Shown here piece after piece: positions 25,284-35,991 of a stretch of 62,803 nucleotides of DNA (positions are counted from its first letter, which is position 1; every line of letters starts with the position of its first letter). The position numbers and the translations under genes are program-made. The stretch is from a virus (Duplodnaviria > Caudoviricetes), in the IMG/VR virus record IMGVR_UViG_3300030106_006483, positions 1 to 62,803 of that record, one strand, 5' to 3'. The notes under the pieces are model-generated. The model worked only from the letters and a program-made list of their open reading frames with translations. It searched no databases and was not told where the DNA came from.

Positions 25284-26039
25284 ATGGCAAACACTACTTC
25301 AGGTACTACAACATTTGATAAAAACCTTTTCATTGATGATATTATAGAAGAGGCTTATGAAAGATGTGGACTTAGAGGAGTTGCTGGTTACCAGCTTAAA
25401 ACTGCTCGAAGATCATTAAATATTCTTTTTCAAGAATGGGCTAATAGAGGAATACACCTTTGGCAAATTGCTGATGGTTACTGTACACTAGTGGCCGATA
25501 CAAATGAATATATTGCCTATCGTTCTAGTGGCGATGGAACATCTACATTATTAGATAATGCAGGTGCGCAATTATTTAGTGTAGACGATATTTTTGAAGC
25601 TTCATACAGAAATAATGCTGGGACTACTAGTCAATCAGATAGTCCATTAACAAAAATTTCAAGATCAACTTATTCTTCTTTATCTAATAAATTAGCTACA
25701 GGACAACCCTCACAATATTGGGTTCAAAGATTTATTGATAGAGTTACAATTACTTTATACACTACTCCAAGTTCAAGTCAGGCTGGAGATAGAGTTTTCT
25801 TTTACTACATGAAAAGAATTGATGATGTTGGGGATTATACAAATGCAACTGATGTTCCCTATTATTATGTTCCATGTATGTGCGCAGGCTTAGCTTATTA
25901 TTTAAGTTTAAAATATGCTCCTGATAGAACACAAAATTTAAAATTACTTTACGAAGATGAATTATTAAGAGCGGAGGCAGCGGATGGTTCGGAAGCAAGT
26001 ACTTACATTACACCGAAAACGTACTATCCTAGTATTTAA
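25284..26039 (+). CDS. head-tail adaptor-like protein
   Basis: IIEEAYERCG...ARRSLN..WANRG; GLAYYLS. Confidence 0.55.
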   Translation: MANTTSGTTTFDKNLFIDDIIEEAYERCGLRGVAGYQLKTARRSLNILFQEWANRGIHLWQIADGYCTLVADTNEYIAYRSSGDGTSTLLDNAGAQLFSVDDIFEASYRNNAGTTSQSDSPLTKISRSTYSSLSNKLATGQPSQYWVQRFIDRVTITLYTTPSSSQAGDRVFFYYMKRIDDVGDYTNATDVPYYYVPCMCAGLAYYLSLKYAPDRTQNLKLLYEDELLRAEAADGSEASTYITPKTYYPSI

Positions 26040-26041
26040 TT

Positions 26042-26884
26042 ATGGCTCGTTTTGCAAAAGGGAAATATGCTTTAGCAGTTTCTGATATTAGTGGACAATC
26101 ATTTCCATGGAATGAGATGGTTACACAATGGAATGGTTTATTTGTACACTATTCTGAATTTGAATCTAAACAACCTCAATTAGACCCTAAACCAAGTGCT
26201 GCAGATCCAACAGCTTTACCTACAACAAGACCACAACAACCCCCTTCAGAGGCTTTAAGGTTTTTAAGTTTTAATCCTATTACAACTTTTGCAGCGGGAA
26301 GCCCTATAGTAAATGTTTTTGAGGAAAATCATGGAAGAAATCATGCGAGTTATGTTAGATTTAGAGGACCACCAGGAGTAGCTGGAGCATTTAATAATAT
26401 AGCTACTATTGATGGAATCACGGGAGCTCAGATTTGTGATGCTTCAGGACATAAACTTATTCCTGGAATATGGACAAGTACTACAACTACCCTTGTTGGA
26501 ACGATTAATGCTACTCAAACCACTGGAATAACTTTAACAAGTTCTACAGGATTTGAAGTGGAGAGTCCTCGTACTCCTGGAAGCGTGAATTTTTTTTCAG
26601 ATGGAACACCTATCAATGCAGTAATTATTGCAGCAGAATTAATTGCTTATACTGGCATTACTAATAACGTATTAGATGGCGTAGTAAGAGGATCTTTTTC
26701 TTCTACTGCTACAGCACATACTGCGGGCGATGCCATTAGATGTCTTCCAGATCCATTAAATAATTATAGAGTGGATACTTCAGATCAAGGTGGTACAGAT
26801 ACAGCAACCACTGGACAAATCGGTGGAGGAGGATATAATACATCCTCAGGACCAGTAACATTAAAAACGATAGGACCACAATAA
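26042..26884 (+). CDS. structural/tail protein
   Basis: position; beta-rich insert similar to that in 37955..40162. Confidence 0.55.
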   Translation: MARFAKGKYALAVSDISGQSFPWNEMVTQWNGLFVHYSEFESKQPQLDPKPSAADPTALPTTRPQQPPSEALRFLSFNPITTFAAGSPIVNVFEENHGRNHASYVRFRGPPGVAGAFNNIATIDGITGAQICDASGHKLIPGIWTSTTTTLVGTINATQTTGITLTSSTGFEVESPRTPGSVNFFSDGTPINAVIIAAELIAYTGITNNVLDGVVRGSFSSTATAHTAGDAIRCLPDPLNNYRVDTSDQGGTDTATTGQIGGGGYNTSSGPVTLKTIGPQ

Positions 26885-26885
26885 T

Positions 26886-27632
26886 ATGGCATTTGTAGAC
26901 GATGGATTCACATACGCAACTTTAACAACAGCAATTCAAAATTACTGTGAAGTAGATACTTCTGTATTTACCGCTGCTATTACAGATGAATTTATTGGAA
27001 ATGCAAGTTTAAGATGTTTAAGAGATTTAAATATAGATGCGTATAGAGCTTCACAAGTAGGGTCTCTTGTAATTGGACAACAATATATTAATGCTCCTGC
27101 AGGATGCTTATTTGTAAGATCTATTCAAATAACAGAAGATGATACGACTCCTGATACTACTAAGTACTTAGAAAAAAGAGATGTTACTTTTATAAATGAG
27201 TATAATAAATTTGCAGATCAAGGAAGCGGCGTTACTACAGGTAGAGATATACCTAAATATTATGCAATGTTTGGAGGAACTACGACTATGACCGGGGTTA
27301 CAGATAGTTCTTCAGGGACAATTATGTTTGCTCCATGCCCAGATAAAACATACAGTTTTCAAGTGAATTTTTCAAAAAGACCTCCAGGTCTTACAGGAAG
27401 TAATACAACTACTTATTTAAGTATGAATTTTCCAAATGGACTCTTATATGCCTGTTTGGTAGAGGCTTTTGGATATTTAAAAGGCCCTATGGACATGTTG
27501 ACATATTATGAACAAAGATATAATAATGAGATTGAAAAGTTCGCAATGGAACAAATAGGTCGAAGAAGAAGAGACGATTATGATGATGGAACACTTAGAT
27601 TATATATTGACTCGCCTTCACCTTCAAAGTAA
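26886..27632 (+). CDS. tail adaptor/tubular-like protein
   Basis: TYATLTTAIQNY, LLYACLVEA.GYLKG. Confidence 0.55.
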   Translation: MAFVDDGFTYATLTTAIQNYCEVDTSVFTAAITDEFIGNASLRCLRDLNIDAYRASQVGSLVIGQQYINAPAGCLFVRSIQITEDDTTPDTTKYLEKRDVTFINEYNKFADQGSGVTTGRDIPKYYAMFGGTTTMTGVTDSSSGTIMFAPCPDKTYSFQVNFSKRPPGLTGSNTTTYLSMNFPNGLLYACLVEAFGYLKGPMDMLTYYEQRYNNEIEKFAMEQIGRRRRDDYDDGTLRLYIDSPSPSK

Positions 27633-27654
27633 AAGGGATTAGGAGAAAAAAATT

Positions 27655-28176
27655 ATGGCTATAACTTCAGCAGTATGTAATACTTTCAAAGCAGAATTAA
27701 TGAAAGGTGGACATAACTTTAATACATCAGTTCAAACACCAGCTGGACATGCATTTAAATTAGCTTTGTATTCATCAGCCTCGGCAAACTTAGATGGTAC
27801 AACAAGTCAATGGACAGTAGCGTCTGATCCAACAGCAGATCCAACAAATACATATGAAGTAACAACAACTTCATCTGGTTATGCTTCTGGCGGAAAAGCT
27901 TTAACTAACCTTGGTGTAACTGGAACTTCTTCAACAACAACAAGTTATACAGATTTTGCAGACCTATCTACAGCAAACGGTACATCTTGGACTTCAGCAA
28001 CTTTTACAACACATGGTTGTTTAATTTATAATACAAATGTAACGAGTGGATTTACAACTAACAGATCAGTATGTGTTGTTTCATTTGGCGGAGCTAAAAC
28101 AGTTTCTAATGGAACTTTTTCTATTGAGTTTCCAACAGCAAGTACATCAGCAGCGATTCTGAGAATAACATCATAA
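27655..28176 (+). CDS. tail structural protein
   Basis: FKAEL..G.HNF, FKLALY, DFAD, GCLIYN. Confidence 0.55.
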   Translation: MAITSAVCNTFKAELMKGGHNFNTSVQTPAGHAFKLALYSSASANLDGTTSQWTVASDPTADPTNTYEVTTTSSGYASGGKALTNLGVTGTSSTTTSYTDFADLSTANGTSWTSATFTTHGCLIYNTNVTSGFTTNRSVCVVSFGGAKTVSNGTFSIEFPTASTSAAILRITS

Positions 28177-28190
28177 GGAGTTAAGTCCTT

Positions 28191-29390
28191 ATGGCTGATT
28201 CTACAATCACAGTCACAGTCGGCACAGGTACACAGTATCTTGTAGGCGGTTCAGGTAATGTATTTAAATTTGATGGTGCACAACCTTCAAGTTTTACTTT
28301 TCCTTGGGTTGAAACAGCCACTGTAAGATTAGATCAATCAGCTGCTTCAAACGATAATCATCCTTTAATTTTTACTACTTCTAATAGTACCGACACGGTT
28401 ACGATGAGAAGTGGAATTATTTCATCTAATGTAACTTATTATTTAGATGGATCATCTAATCAATCCGATTACACTAATACAACTACTTTTAACGCAGCCA
28501 CAACAAGATATATAGAAATTGCTCCGGCAACATCCAGTGATTTTTATTTTGCATGTTGGGTACATGGAATTTCTATGGGAGGAATTGTAGATATTACAGG
28601 TAATACTTGGGGTGCACTTACATGGGGAGAAAATGAATGGAATGATCAAGGTGATGAAACTGTAACTTTAACTGGTCAAGCTATGACTGTAGTTGCAAAT
28701 ACAGCTGGAGTTGTTGCTACACAATTCCCTGGTTGGGGTACTTTAGACTGGGGTGAAAACGGTTGGGGTAGTGTTAATGAAGCTAAAGAAGTTTTACCGG
28801 GTCAAGCGGCAAGTATGTCGGTAGGCACATTAACTCCAGTTATAGGAGAAGTATTAACTGGTTTCCAAATTCAAACAGTAGTGGGCACTCCTACAACTAG
28901 TTTTGATTTTGCACTTTCCATAACAGGTCAAGAAATGAGTGTAGCTCAAGGTGTTCTAGGTATTAACTCTGATGAAGATACAGAAGTAGGAATGCCTAGT
29001 AATTTAAACACTATGTCTGTAGGTGCTTTAACTGTTAATCAAAATTCAGATGTAAATGTAGGACTTTCTGGTTTTTCAATGTCTACAGACGTTGGAAATT
29101 TAATAGAAGCAACACAGGTAAAAGTTACCCTTACTGGTCAAGCTATGACAGGAGCTGTAGGTTCTATTAGTCCAGACGATATGGCTGTAGGAGCTGTTTC
29201 TCCAGGTGCTATGACAACTACTGTTAATCCTGCTGTAACTGTTCCCAATTATGACACTCGGGTATCATTGACTGGATTTGAAATAACTGTTAATATAGGA
29301 ACGCAGTTTGGTATTTTACACTATGGAGATGTTGACACGGGAACCAATACATCATATACAGATGTAGATACAACGCAAGCAGCGGCTTAA
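28191..29390 (+). CDS. tail fibre-like structural protein
   Basis: WG..xWG repeats and LTGQAM-type repeats. Confidence 0.55.
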   Translation: MADSTITVTVGTGTQYLVGGSGNVFKFDGAQPSSFTFPWVETATVRLDQSAASNDNHPLIFTTSNSTDTVTMRSGIISSNVTYYLDGSSNQSDYTNTTTFNAATTRYIEIAPATSSDFYFACWVHGISMGGIVDITGNTWGALTWGENEWNDQGDETVTLTGQAMTVVANTAGVVATQFPGWGTLDWGENGWGSVNEAKEVLPGQAASMSVGTLTPVIGEVLTGFQIQTVVGTPTTSFDFALSITGQEMSVAQGVLGINSDEDTEVGMPSNLNTMSVGALTVNQNSDVNVGLSGFSMSTDVGNLIEATQVKVTLTGQAMTGAVGSISPDDMAVGAVSPGAMTTTVNPAVTVPNYDTRVSLTGFEITVNIGTQFGILHYGDVDTGTNTSYTDVDTTQAAA

Positions 29391-29400
29391 GGAGAAAACT

Positions 29401-29985
29401 ATGGCATCGACATATAATAGTCTAGGTATTCAATTAATGGCAACCGGAGAAAATGCCGGTACATGGGGTACTAATACAAATAATAATTTAAATTTCATCA
29501 TGAATACCCTTGGGTATATTGATGTTGCATTAACGGCTGATAGAACTTTAACAATTCCAGATGGATCTACAGGAACTTATGATGGTAGAGCTATGTGGAT
29601 TAATTTATCGGGAACTACCGGTGGGTCTAGAGTTTTAGATATAGCAGCACAAGCAGGAGATCCTGCAGCAAATATTGAAAAACCTTTTATCATAGTCGAT
29701 AATACAACAAGAAGTGCACCAGCTAATACAATTACATTTAAAGTAACAGGTCAAACAGGAATTTTAATACCTACTGGGGGAACAGTTTTATGTTTTCACA
29801 ATGGAACAGATATTATTTCTTCTGGTTTCCCTAGCACTACAGGTACTCAACCTACTTATACCTTACCATCAGCAGATGGGACAGCGAATCAGGCTTTAGT
29901 TACTAATGGTTCAGGGGTAGTTAGCTTTGGAGACGCAGGAATATCAACAGGAAAAGCTATTGCAATGGCAATGATTTTCGGTTAA
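29401..29985 (+). CDS. tail fibre-associated protein
   Basis: GENAGTWG..TN.NL; LPSADGTANQALVTNGSG; GKAIAMAMIFG. Confidence 0.6.
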   Translation: MASTYNSLGIQLMATGENAGTWGTNTNNNLNFIMNTLGYIDVALTADRTLTIPDGSTGTYDGRAMWINLSGTTGGSRVLDIAAQAGDPAANIEKPFIIVDNTTRSAPANTITFKVTGQTGILIPTGGTVLCFHNGTDIISSGFPSTTGTQPTYTLPSADGTANQALVTNGSGVVSFGDAGISTGKAIAMAMIFG

Positions 29986-30006
29986 AAAACAAAAGGAAAT
30001 TAAATT

Positions 30007-30399
30007 ATGGCAAACCCAAATATAGTAGCAGTAGCAAGTATTTACGGTGAATCGCAAGGATTCAATTTAAGTAATACAACAACTACAACTTTGATCGCAG
30101 CAGTGAGTTCAGGCAAATTAATGAAAGTTAACAGAATTACAGTCGCTAATGTTGATGGAACAAATGCAGCTGATGTAGATGTTTCAATTGTTAAAGCAGG
30201 ATTTACTTCTGCAGCTAATGGTGCTTCCATTGGTACGTCAACATCATTTTTGGCAAAAACAATTTCAGTCCCAGCAGATGCGTCTTTGGTTTTATTAGAC
30301 ACACCAATTTATTTACAAGAGGGTGACGTACTTAGAGGTGGAGCAAGTGCTGCGAGTGATTTAGATTTATTCATATCGTACGACGTCATTGCGGTCTAG
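30007..30399 (+). CDS. tail fibre-associated protein
   Basis: MANPNIV, VANVDG, VPADASL. Confidence 0.6.
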   Translation: MANPNIVAVASIYGESQGFNLSNTTTTTLIAAVSSGKLMKVNRITVANVDGTNAADVDVSIVKAGFTSAANGASIGTSTSFLAKTISVPADASLVLLDTPIYLQEGDVLRGGASAASDLDLFISYDVIAV

Positions 30400-30412
30400 G
30401 AGGTAATTAGCT

Positions 30413-33058
30413 ATGGCAAATGGCGGAATTATCGGACCTGTTAATACAGTCGCAGGCAAACCAGCACAATTAACAACTCAGATTAATTCTACTGGATCTC
30501 ATACACTTCAATCAACAACATCAACTGTAGATTTTATAGCAGTCGCTGCCGGAGGTGGTGGAGGCGGTAACTATGGTGGCGGTGGTGGAGCAGGTGGAGT
30601 TTTAAAAAGTTTTTGTAATGCATGTTTAGCAGCAATTCCAGTTTGTGGAGGAGCAAGTGTCCCAGTAACAATTAATGGTGGTGGATCGGGTGGAGTAAAT
30701 AGTGGACCTGGTCAAGGAGGAGATGGTGGTACTTCAGTAGTAATATTAGGTGGAACAACTTACACAGCAACCGGTGGCGGTGGCGGTGGTGGTCGTGGTA
30801 TGACAGGTGGTAGAGATGGTGGATCTGGTGGTGGTAAATCTGCGGGATCTGCAGGATCAGGAAATACACCGGCGATCGCGGCACCCTTAGGAGGACCTCA
30901 AGGAAACGCAGGTGGTGGAACTGCTTGTGGTGCTGGGGGTGGTGGCCGTGGCGAAGCTGGTTGTACCGATGGAACAAGAGCAGGTGGTGATGGAATTGCA
31001 TTAACAATTGGTGGAACACCTTATACACTCGCAGGTGGTGGTGGAGGTGGTGGACCAACAGGTTGTCCAGGAACTTCTCCAGGTGGAGATGGAGGTGGTG
31101 GAAATGGATCATTAACTGCTGAAGGATCGGCAGGAACTACAAACACTGGCGGTGGCGGTGGCGGTGGAAATAGTACACCTTTCGTTAATGGTAAAACTGG
31201 TGGTTCAGGAACAGTAATTCTTCAAGAAAATTATACATGCGGCCAACAGGCCCCAGGTGTTTGGCAACTGAACACCGTATATGATTTCGTAAAAAATGAT
31301 AATTGGATTTATAATCAAGCAGATGTAGATTATTTAGTAGTAGCCGGAGGTGGTGGAGGTGGTTATCAATCAACTGGAGGTGGTGGAGCTGGAGGTTATA
31401 GAGCTTCTGGTTACGGACCTTCTCCATTACAAGGATGTTCATTAAAGCTAAAATGGGGAACTTATCCTGTCACAGTTGGAGGCGGCGGTGCCGGTGCAAC
31501 TGGATCTGGATGTAGAGGAACAAGCGGACAAAATTCAGTTTTTGAAACAATTACTTCAAGCGGCGGTGGTGGCGGTGGAGGAGATGGTTCAATGACCGGT
31601 AATCCAGGAGGTTCTGGTGGTGGAGGAGCAAATGGTGGTGCTGGAGGATCAGGTAATGCAGGTGGATTTCCAAAAGCAGAAGGTCAAGATGGAGGTACGG
31701 CAACCCCTAGTTCTCCTTCAGGAGCAGGTGGTGGTGGAGCACTTGTAGCTGGTGCTGCAAATTCAGGACCCTCTGGAGGTGATGGTGGTGCAGGAGCACC
31801 AAATGCCATTACCGGATCAGCACTTTTTTATGCTGGTGGAGGTGGTGGAGGAAGTAGACCAGGTACTACCCCAGCCGCATCATCAGGTGGAGCTGGTGGA
31901 GGTGGACTCGGTGGAACTTGTGATGCAACAGGAACGGTTGGAACCGCAAATACTGGTGGTGGCGGTGGTAATGGAAGATCTAATGGAACGGGATGTTGTG
32001 CACCAGGTAGAACAGGTGGTCCAGGAGTCGTAATTTTAAGGTCATGTGCCTTTTTAAAAACAGATAGTAATTGTGCACCAGTTAGTTCACCTGATGGTGG
32101 TACAGGTACATTTATAGCAGAATTTAAAGCGTCAGCTAATGTAACCATTGGAGGCAGTGCTCCTTCTAATGGTTTTGATTATCTAGTAGTTGCTGGCGGT
32201 GGTGGCGGAGGTGGAATTTGTGGATCTGTTGCTTCTGGTGGTGGCGGAGGTGGAGCTGGTGGTTATAGAACTTCTTTTCCAGGCGGAACAAAAGTATTTT
32301 TAGAAACAGGATCTAATCAAGTAGTAGTAGGTGCTGGTGGAGCAGGTGGTATGGGTACCGCTTGTGGTCAAATTTCAACAATAGGAAAACCAGGTACTGA
32401 TTCTTATGTAGGATACATTACTTCTTTTGGTGGTGGAGGAGGTGGAGGAACCGCTTGTAATAGTATTGGATTCGGTACTGATAATGGACAACCAGGAGGA
32501 TCAGGTGGTGGTGCTGGAGCATGGGCTGGAAATAATGCCCCAGGTGGAACTGGAAATATTCCTGCCGTTAGTTCACCAGGCGCTCCTGTTCAAGGAAATA
32601 ATGGTGCCCCAAGTAATTCAGCAGGTGCATCAGGTTATGGATCTGCCGGAGGTGGTGGAGCATGTGCTGCCGGTAGTTCAGGAACCCCAACAGATGGTGG
32701 AGATGGTGGTGCAGGAAAAGCAAATTCAATTACAGGAGGCTCAGTTACCTATGCAGGTGGTGGTGGAGGATCTACTTATTCTGGTGGAAGTGGTGGAAGT
32801 GGAGGTGCCGGTGGTGGTGGAGCTGGAGCTACAGGTCCAGGTGTAGGAACTAATGGAACCGCAAATACTGGTGGTGGTGCAGGGGGAAGTAATAATAACG
32901 CATCTAGTGCAACAGGAGGCTCAGGAATCATTATTTTAAGAATACCAACAGCTTGTGCACCAGGTAGTTTAGCAGCTGCTCCAGGTACTAATACAATAAC
33001 AGTAGATGGGTCTTGTAAAGTAGCAACATTTACAGTAACTGGGACATTGACAGTATAG
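30413..33058 (+). CDS. glycine-rich (polyglycine) fibre/receptor-binding protein, three domains
   Basis: three DYLVVAGGGG...GxVIL modules; about 20 Cys. Confidence 0.7.
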   Translation: MANGGIIGPVNTVAGKPAQLTTQINSTGSHTLQSTTSTVDFIAVAAGGGGGGNYGGGGGAGGVLKSFCNACLAAIPVCGGASVPVTINGGGSGGVNSGPGQGGDGGTSVVILGGTTYTATGGGGGGGRGMTGGRDGGSGGGKSAGSAGSGNTPAIAAPLGGPQGNAGGGTACGAGGGGRGEAGCTDGTRAGGDGIALTIGGTPYTLAGGGGGGGPTGCPGTSPGGDGGGGNGSLTAEGSAGTTNTGGGGGGGNSTPFVNGKTGGSGTVILQENYTCGQQAPGVWQLNTVYDFVKNDNWIYNQADVDYLVVAGGGGGGYQSTGGGGAGGYRASGYGPSPLQGCSLKLKWGTYPVTVGGGGAGATGSGCRGTSGQNSVFETITSSGGGGGGGDGSMTGNPGGSGGGGANGGAGGSGNAGGFPKAEGQDGGTATPSSPSGAGGGGALVAGAANSGPSGGDGGAGAPNAITGSALFYAGGGGGGSRPGTTPAASSGGAGGGGLGGTCDATGTVGTANTGGGGGNGRSNGTGCCAPGRTGGPGVVILRSCAFLKTDSNCAPVSSPDGGTGTFIAEFKASANVTIGGSAPSNGFDYLVVAGGGGGGGICGSVASGGGGGGAGGYRTSFPGGTKVFLETGSNQVVVGAGGAGGMGTACGQISTIGKPGTDSYVGYITSFGGGGGGGTACNSIGFGTDNGQPGGSGGGAGAWAGNNAPGGTGNIPAVSSPGAPVQGNNGAPSNSAGASGYGSAGGGGACAAGSSGTPTDGGDGGAGKANSITGGSVTYAGGGGGSTYSGGSGGSGGAGGGGAGATGPGVGTNGTANTGGGAGGSNNNASSATGGSGIIILRIPTACAPGSLAAAPGTNTITVDGSCKVATFTVTGTLTV

Positions 33059-33098
33059 AAAAATTAAATTATAAATATAACTTTTAAGGAGTAAAAAT

Positions 33099-33566
33099 AT
33101 GGCACATTTCGCAGAACTTAAAGCAATGACAGATCCTACTGGATTTACGTCAGATTCACATCAAGTAGTACAAAGAGTTGTCGTTGTAGGCAATGATATT
33201 TCTACAGCAGCCGGTGATTTAGGAAATAATGACATGCATGTTGATGGAGAAAATTGGTGCGTTAATTTTTTTAAAGGTGGTATCTGGAAACAAACTTCTT
33301 ATAATCATAATTTTAGAAAACAATATTGTGGTAAAGGATATGTTTACGATCCATTAAAAGATAAATTCTTAGCCCCACAACCATATCAATCTTGGTCATT
33401 AGACGGTAATGATGATTGGCAAGCGCCAGTTACATATCCAACTGATACTACAGATAAGTTTATTAGTTGGGACGAACCTAATCTAAGATGGATCGCACAA
33501 GATAACTCAGATCCAGTAAATAATTTTAATTGGGATGCATCAGCGCTAGCTTGGGTATCCGCATAA
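33099..33566 (+). CDS. fibre-associated conserved protein (possible chaperone)
   Basis: MAHFAEL...WKQTSYN..FRKQY; between two Gly-rich genes. Confidence 0.6.
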   Translation: MAHFAELKAMTDPTGFTSDSHQVVQRVVVVGNDISTAAGDLGNNDMHVDGENWCVNFFKGGIWKQTSYNHNFRKQYCGKGYVYDPLKDKFLAPQPYQSWSLDGNDDWQAPVTYPTDTTDKFISWDEPNLRWIAQDNSDPVNNFNWDASALAWVSA

Positions 33567-33576
33567 GGAGACTCAT

Positions 33577-35307
33577 ATGGCTAGTCCTTCAGGATCAGCA
33601 AACGGCGGTATTATAGGACAAACGAATAACTCTTCGTTTGGTAAGTGTACTATTACTACTAAAACAGCAACAGGTTGTTTTACAACACAACCAGGAACAA
33701 GAGTTGTTCAAGCTTTATTAGTCGCTGGCGGTGGATCAGGTGGATCTGGAGCTGCTGGTGGTGGCGGTGGAGCTGGTGGTTATCTATGCACTCAAGTAAA
33801 CGTCTGTGCATCAACAGCATACAAATTAACTATAGGGGGCGGAGGAGCAGCCACACCTGCAACAGGTGCTTGTGCTTGTGATTCATTAGGAAAAGGAACT
33901 TCTGGAGAATCTACAATATTATCTCCTGCACCTAGCGTGCCAACGGCTTTAGCAACGGCTGTTGGTGGAGGAGCAGCAGGTGGATTTAGAGATACACCGG
34001 GAGTACCTGGTGGATCAGGCGGAGGTGGTGGAGCTTTTAATCCTAGCGGTTGTCCAGGACCTAATCCAGGTGGAACTGGAACAGCTTGTCAAGGTAGTAA
34101 CGGAGGACTAGGTTTTAGAGCATGTGGAGTTGACGCTGGCGGTGGTGGCGGTGGTGCATCAGCTGTAGGAGCAAATGGTTGTGGTGGAGCCGGTGCTGGA
34201 AATGGTGGTGCTGGAAGTTCTGCATCTCCTTTATCTCCGTGCACATTTGGTGGTGGTGGCGGAGGTGGAGCTGATAGTACTGTGCCCGCAGCTGGAAGTG
34301 GTGGATCTGGCGGTGGTGGAGCCGGTGCAAAAGGACCCTCAGGTAATGGAACTGCAGGAACTGCAAACACTGGCGGTGGTGGCGGTGGAGGTGGTAATCC
34401 TGGAACGTCAGCAGGTGGAGCAGGTGGTTCTGGTAGAGCCGTAGTAAAAGAATTAACTAAAGCAAGTGGTGTGTGGTCACTGCAATCACAGTTTGAATCG
34501 CAAACAGCAGGAACATGGCCTAGATTTATAGCAACTTATCCAAGTGTAGATTATTTAGTAGTAGCCGGTGGTGGAGGAACTTTAGCGTGTACTCCCGCAT
34601 CAGCGGGTGGAGGTGGAGCTGGAGGTTATAGAGCTTCTGGTTATGGCCCTGCACCTTTACAAGGAACAGCTTTAACAGTGGAAGAAGGATGTCACGCAGT
34701 AGTAATTGGAGGTGGGGGAACAGGCCCTGCTGCTTGTAGTAGCGGACAAAATTCAAGTTTTGCTGCCGCAGAATCTTTTGGAATAACTTCAAGTGGTGGT
34801 GGTAGAGGTGGAGGTGGTCCTTCATGTACAGGAACAAATGCTGCGGGAGTACCCGGAGGTTCTGGAGGTGGTGGAGTTGGTTATGGAGGTTATGCTGGCG
34901 GTAGTGGTAATGCTGGAGGTTATACTCCTCCAGAAGGAAATCCAGGTGGTCAAGGTGGTGGATCATTTAATGGTGGTGGCGGTGGAGGCGCTGGTGGAGC
35001 AGGTTCTAATGGACCTCCAAGTGCTGCTGGAGCAGGAGTACCAAACGATATTTCAGGAAGTGGAGTAACATATGCTGCAGGTGGAGCAGGTCAACCTGGT
35101 GGACCAGGTGCAGCCGGAGGTAATAATACAGGAGATGGCGGTAATGCTCATCCAGCTGCAAAAGCTGGTGGTTCAGGAATTGTTATATTAAGATTTCCAG
35201 ATAGTGCAGGTTTAAGTGCCAGCCCAGGAACAAATACTGTAGCACCTGCGCCAGGTTCTACAAAAATTGCTACCTTTACTGTTACAGGGACTTTAACTGT
35301 TTCATAA
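33577..35307 (+). CDS. glycine-rich (polyglycine) fibre/receptor-binding protein, two domains
   Basis: paralogous modules; C-terminus IATFTVTGTLTV shared with 30413 gene. Confidence 0.7.
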   Translation: MASPSGSANGGIIGQTNNSSFGKCTITTKTATGCFTTQPGTRVVQALLVAGGGSGGSGAAGGGGGAGGYLCTQVNVCASTAYKLTIGGGGAATPATGACACDSLGKGTSGESTILSPAPSVPTALATAVGGGAAGGFRDTPGVPGGSGGGGGAFNPSGCPGPNPGGTGTACQGSNGGLGFRACGVDAGGGGGGASAVGANGCGGAGAGNGGAGSSASPLSPCTFGGGGGGGADSTVPAAGSGGSGGGGAGAKGPSGNGTAGTANTGGGGGGGGNPGTSAGGAGGSGRAVVKELTKASGVWSLQSQFESQTAGTWPRFIATYPSVDYLVVAGGGGTLACTPASAGGGGAGGYRASGYGPAPLQGTALTVEEGCHAVVIGGGGTGPAACSSGQNSSFAAAESFGITSSGGGRGGGGPSCTGTNAAGVPGGSGGGGVGYGGYAGGSGNAGGYTPPEGNPGGQGGGSFNGGGGGGAGGAGSNGPPSAAGAGVPNDISGSGVTYAAGGAGQPGGPGAAGGNNTGDGGNAHPAAKAGGSGIVILRFPDSAGLSASPGTNTVAPAPGSTKIATFTVTGTLTVS

Positions 35308-35361
35308 TTTTTAATCTTTACTTTTTCTTTAACGTAATATAAAACATATGTATAAAGACAT

Positions 35362-35991
35362 ATGAACTTAAGTAATTATTATTGGTATTTTCAATCAGCC
35401 ATTCCTCATCGCATCTGTGATGATATTGTACGCTATGGAAAACAATTACAAGATGGTTTAGCTACTACAGGTGGTTATGGCGATGTTAAAAAATTAAACC
35501 AATCTCAAATTAAAGATTTAAAAAAGAAAAGAGATTCAAATATAGTTTGGATGTCTGATCGGTGGATTTATAAAGAAATACAACCTTATATTCATCAAGC
35601 TAATCAATCTGCAGGATGGAATTTTCAATGGGATTTTTCAGAGTCTTGTCAATTCACTAAATATAATAAAGGTCAATATTACGATTGGCATTGTGATGGA
35701 TGGGATAGACCGTATCAAAGACAACAAGGGGATCCTTCAAATGGTAAAATAAGAAAGCTATCCGTAACTGTTACATTATCGGATCCTAAAGAATATAAAG
35801 GTGGAGAATTAGAATTTGATTTTAGAAATTTAGATCCCGATAAAAAACCTAATGTACATAAATGCAAAGAAATATTACCTAAAGGATCTTTAGTAGTGTT
35901 TCCTGGCTTTGTGTGGCATAGAGTATGCCCAGTTAAAAAAGGATCAAGACATAGTTTAGTAATATGGAATTTAGGATGGCCTTATAAATGA
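35362..35991 (+). CDS. 2OG-Fe(II) oxygenase, PKHD/prolyl-hydroxylase-like
   Basis: WHCD, RKLS, YKGGEL, HRVCPV..G.RHSLV.W. Confidence 0.88.
   Translation: MNLSNYYWYFQSAIPHRICDDIVRYGKQLQDGLATTGGYGDVKKLNQSQIKDLKKKRDSNIVWMSDRWIYKEIQPYIHQANQSAGWNFQWDFSESCQFTKYNKGQYYDWHCDGWDRPYQRQQGDPSNGKIRKLSVTVTLSDPKEYKGGELEFDFRNLDPDKKPNVHKCKEILPKGSLVVFPGFVWHRVCPVKKGSRHSLVIWNLGWPYK

Noticed and set aside
31324-34643. Diversity-generating retroelement TR/VR pair
   Set aside because: No reverse transcriptase and differences are not adenine-specific
30672-35068. His-rich, Pro-rich and Val/Glu-rich ORFs overlapping the fibre genes
   Set aside because: Shadow frames of GGT/GGA glycine codon runs
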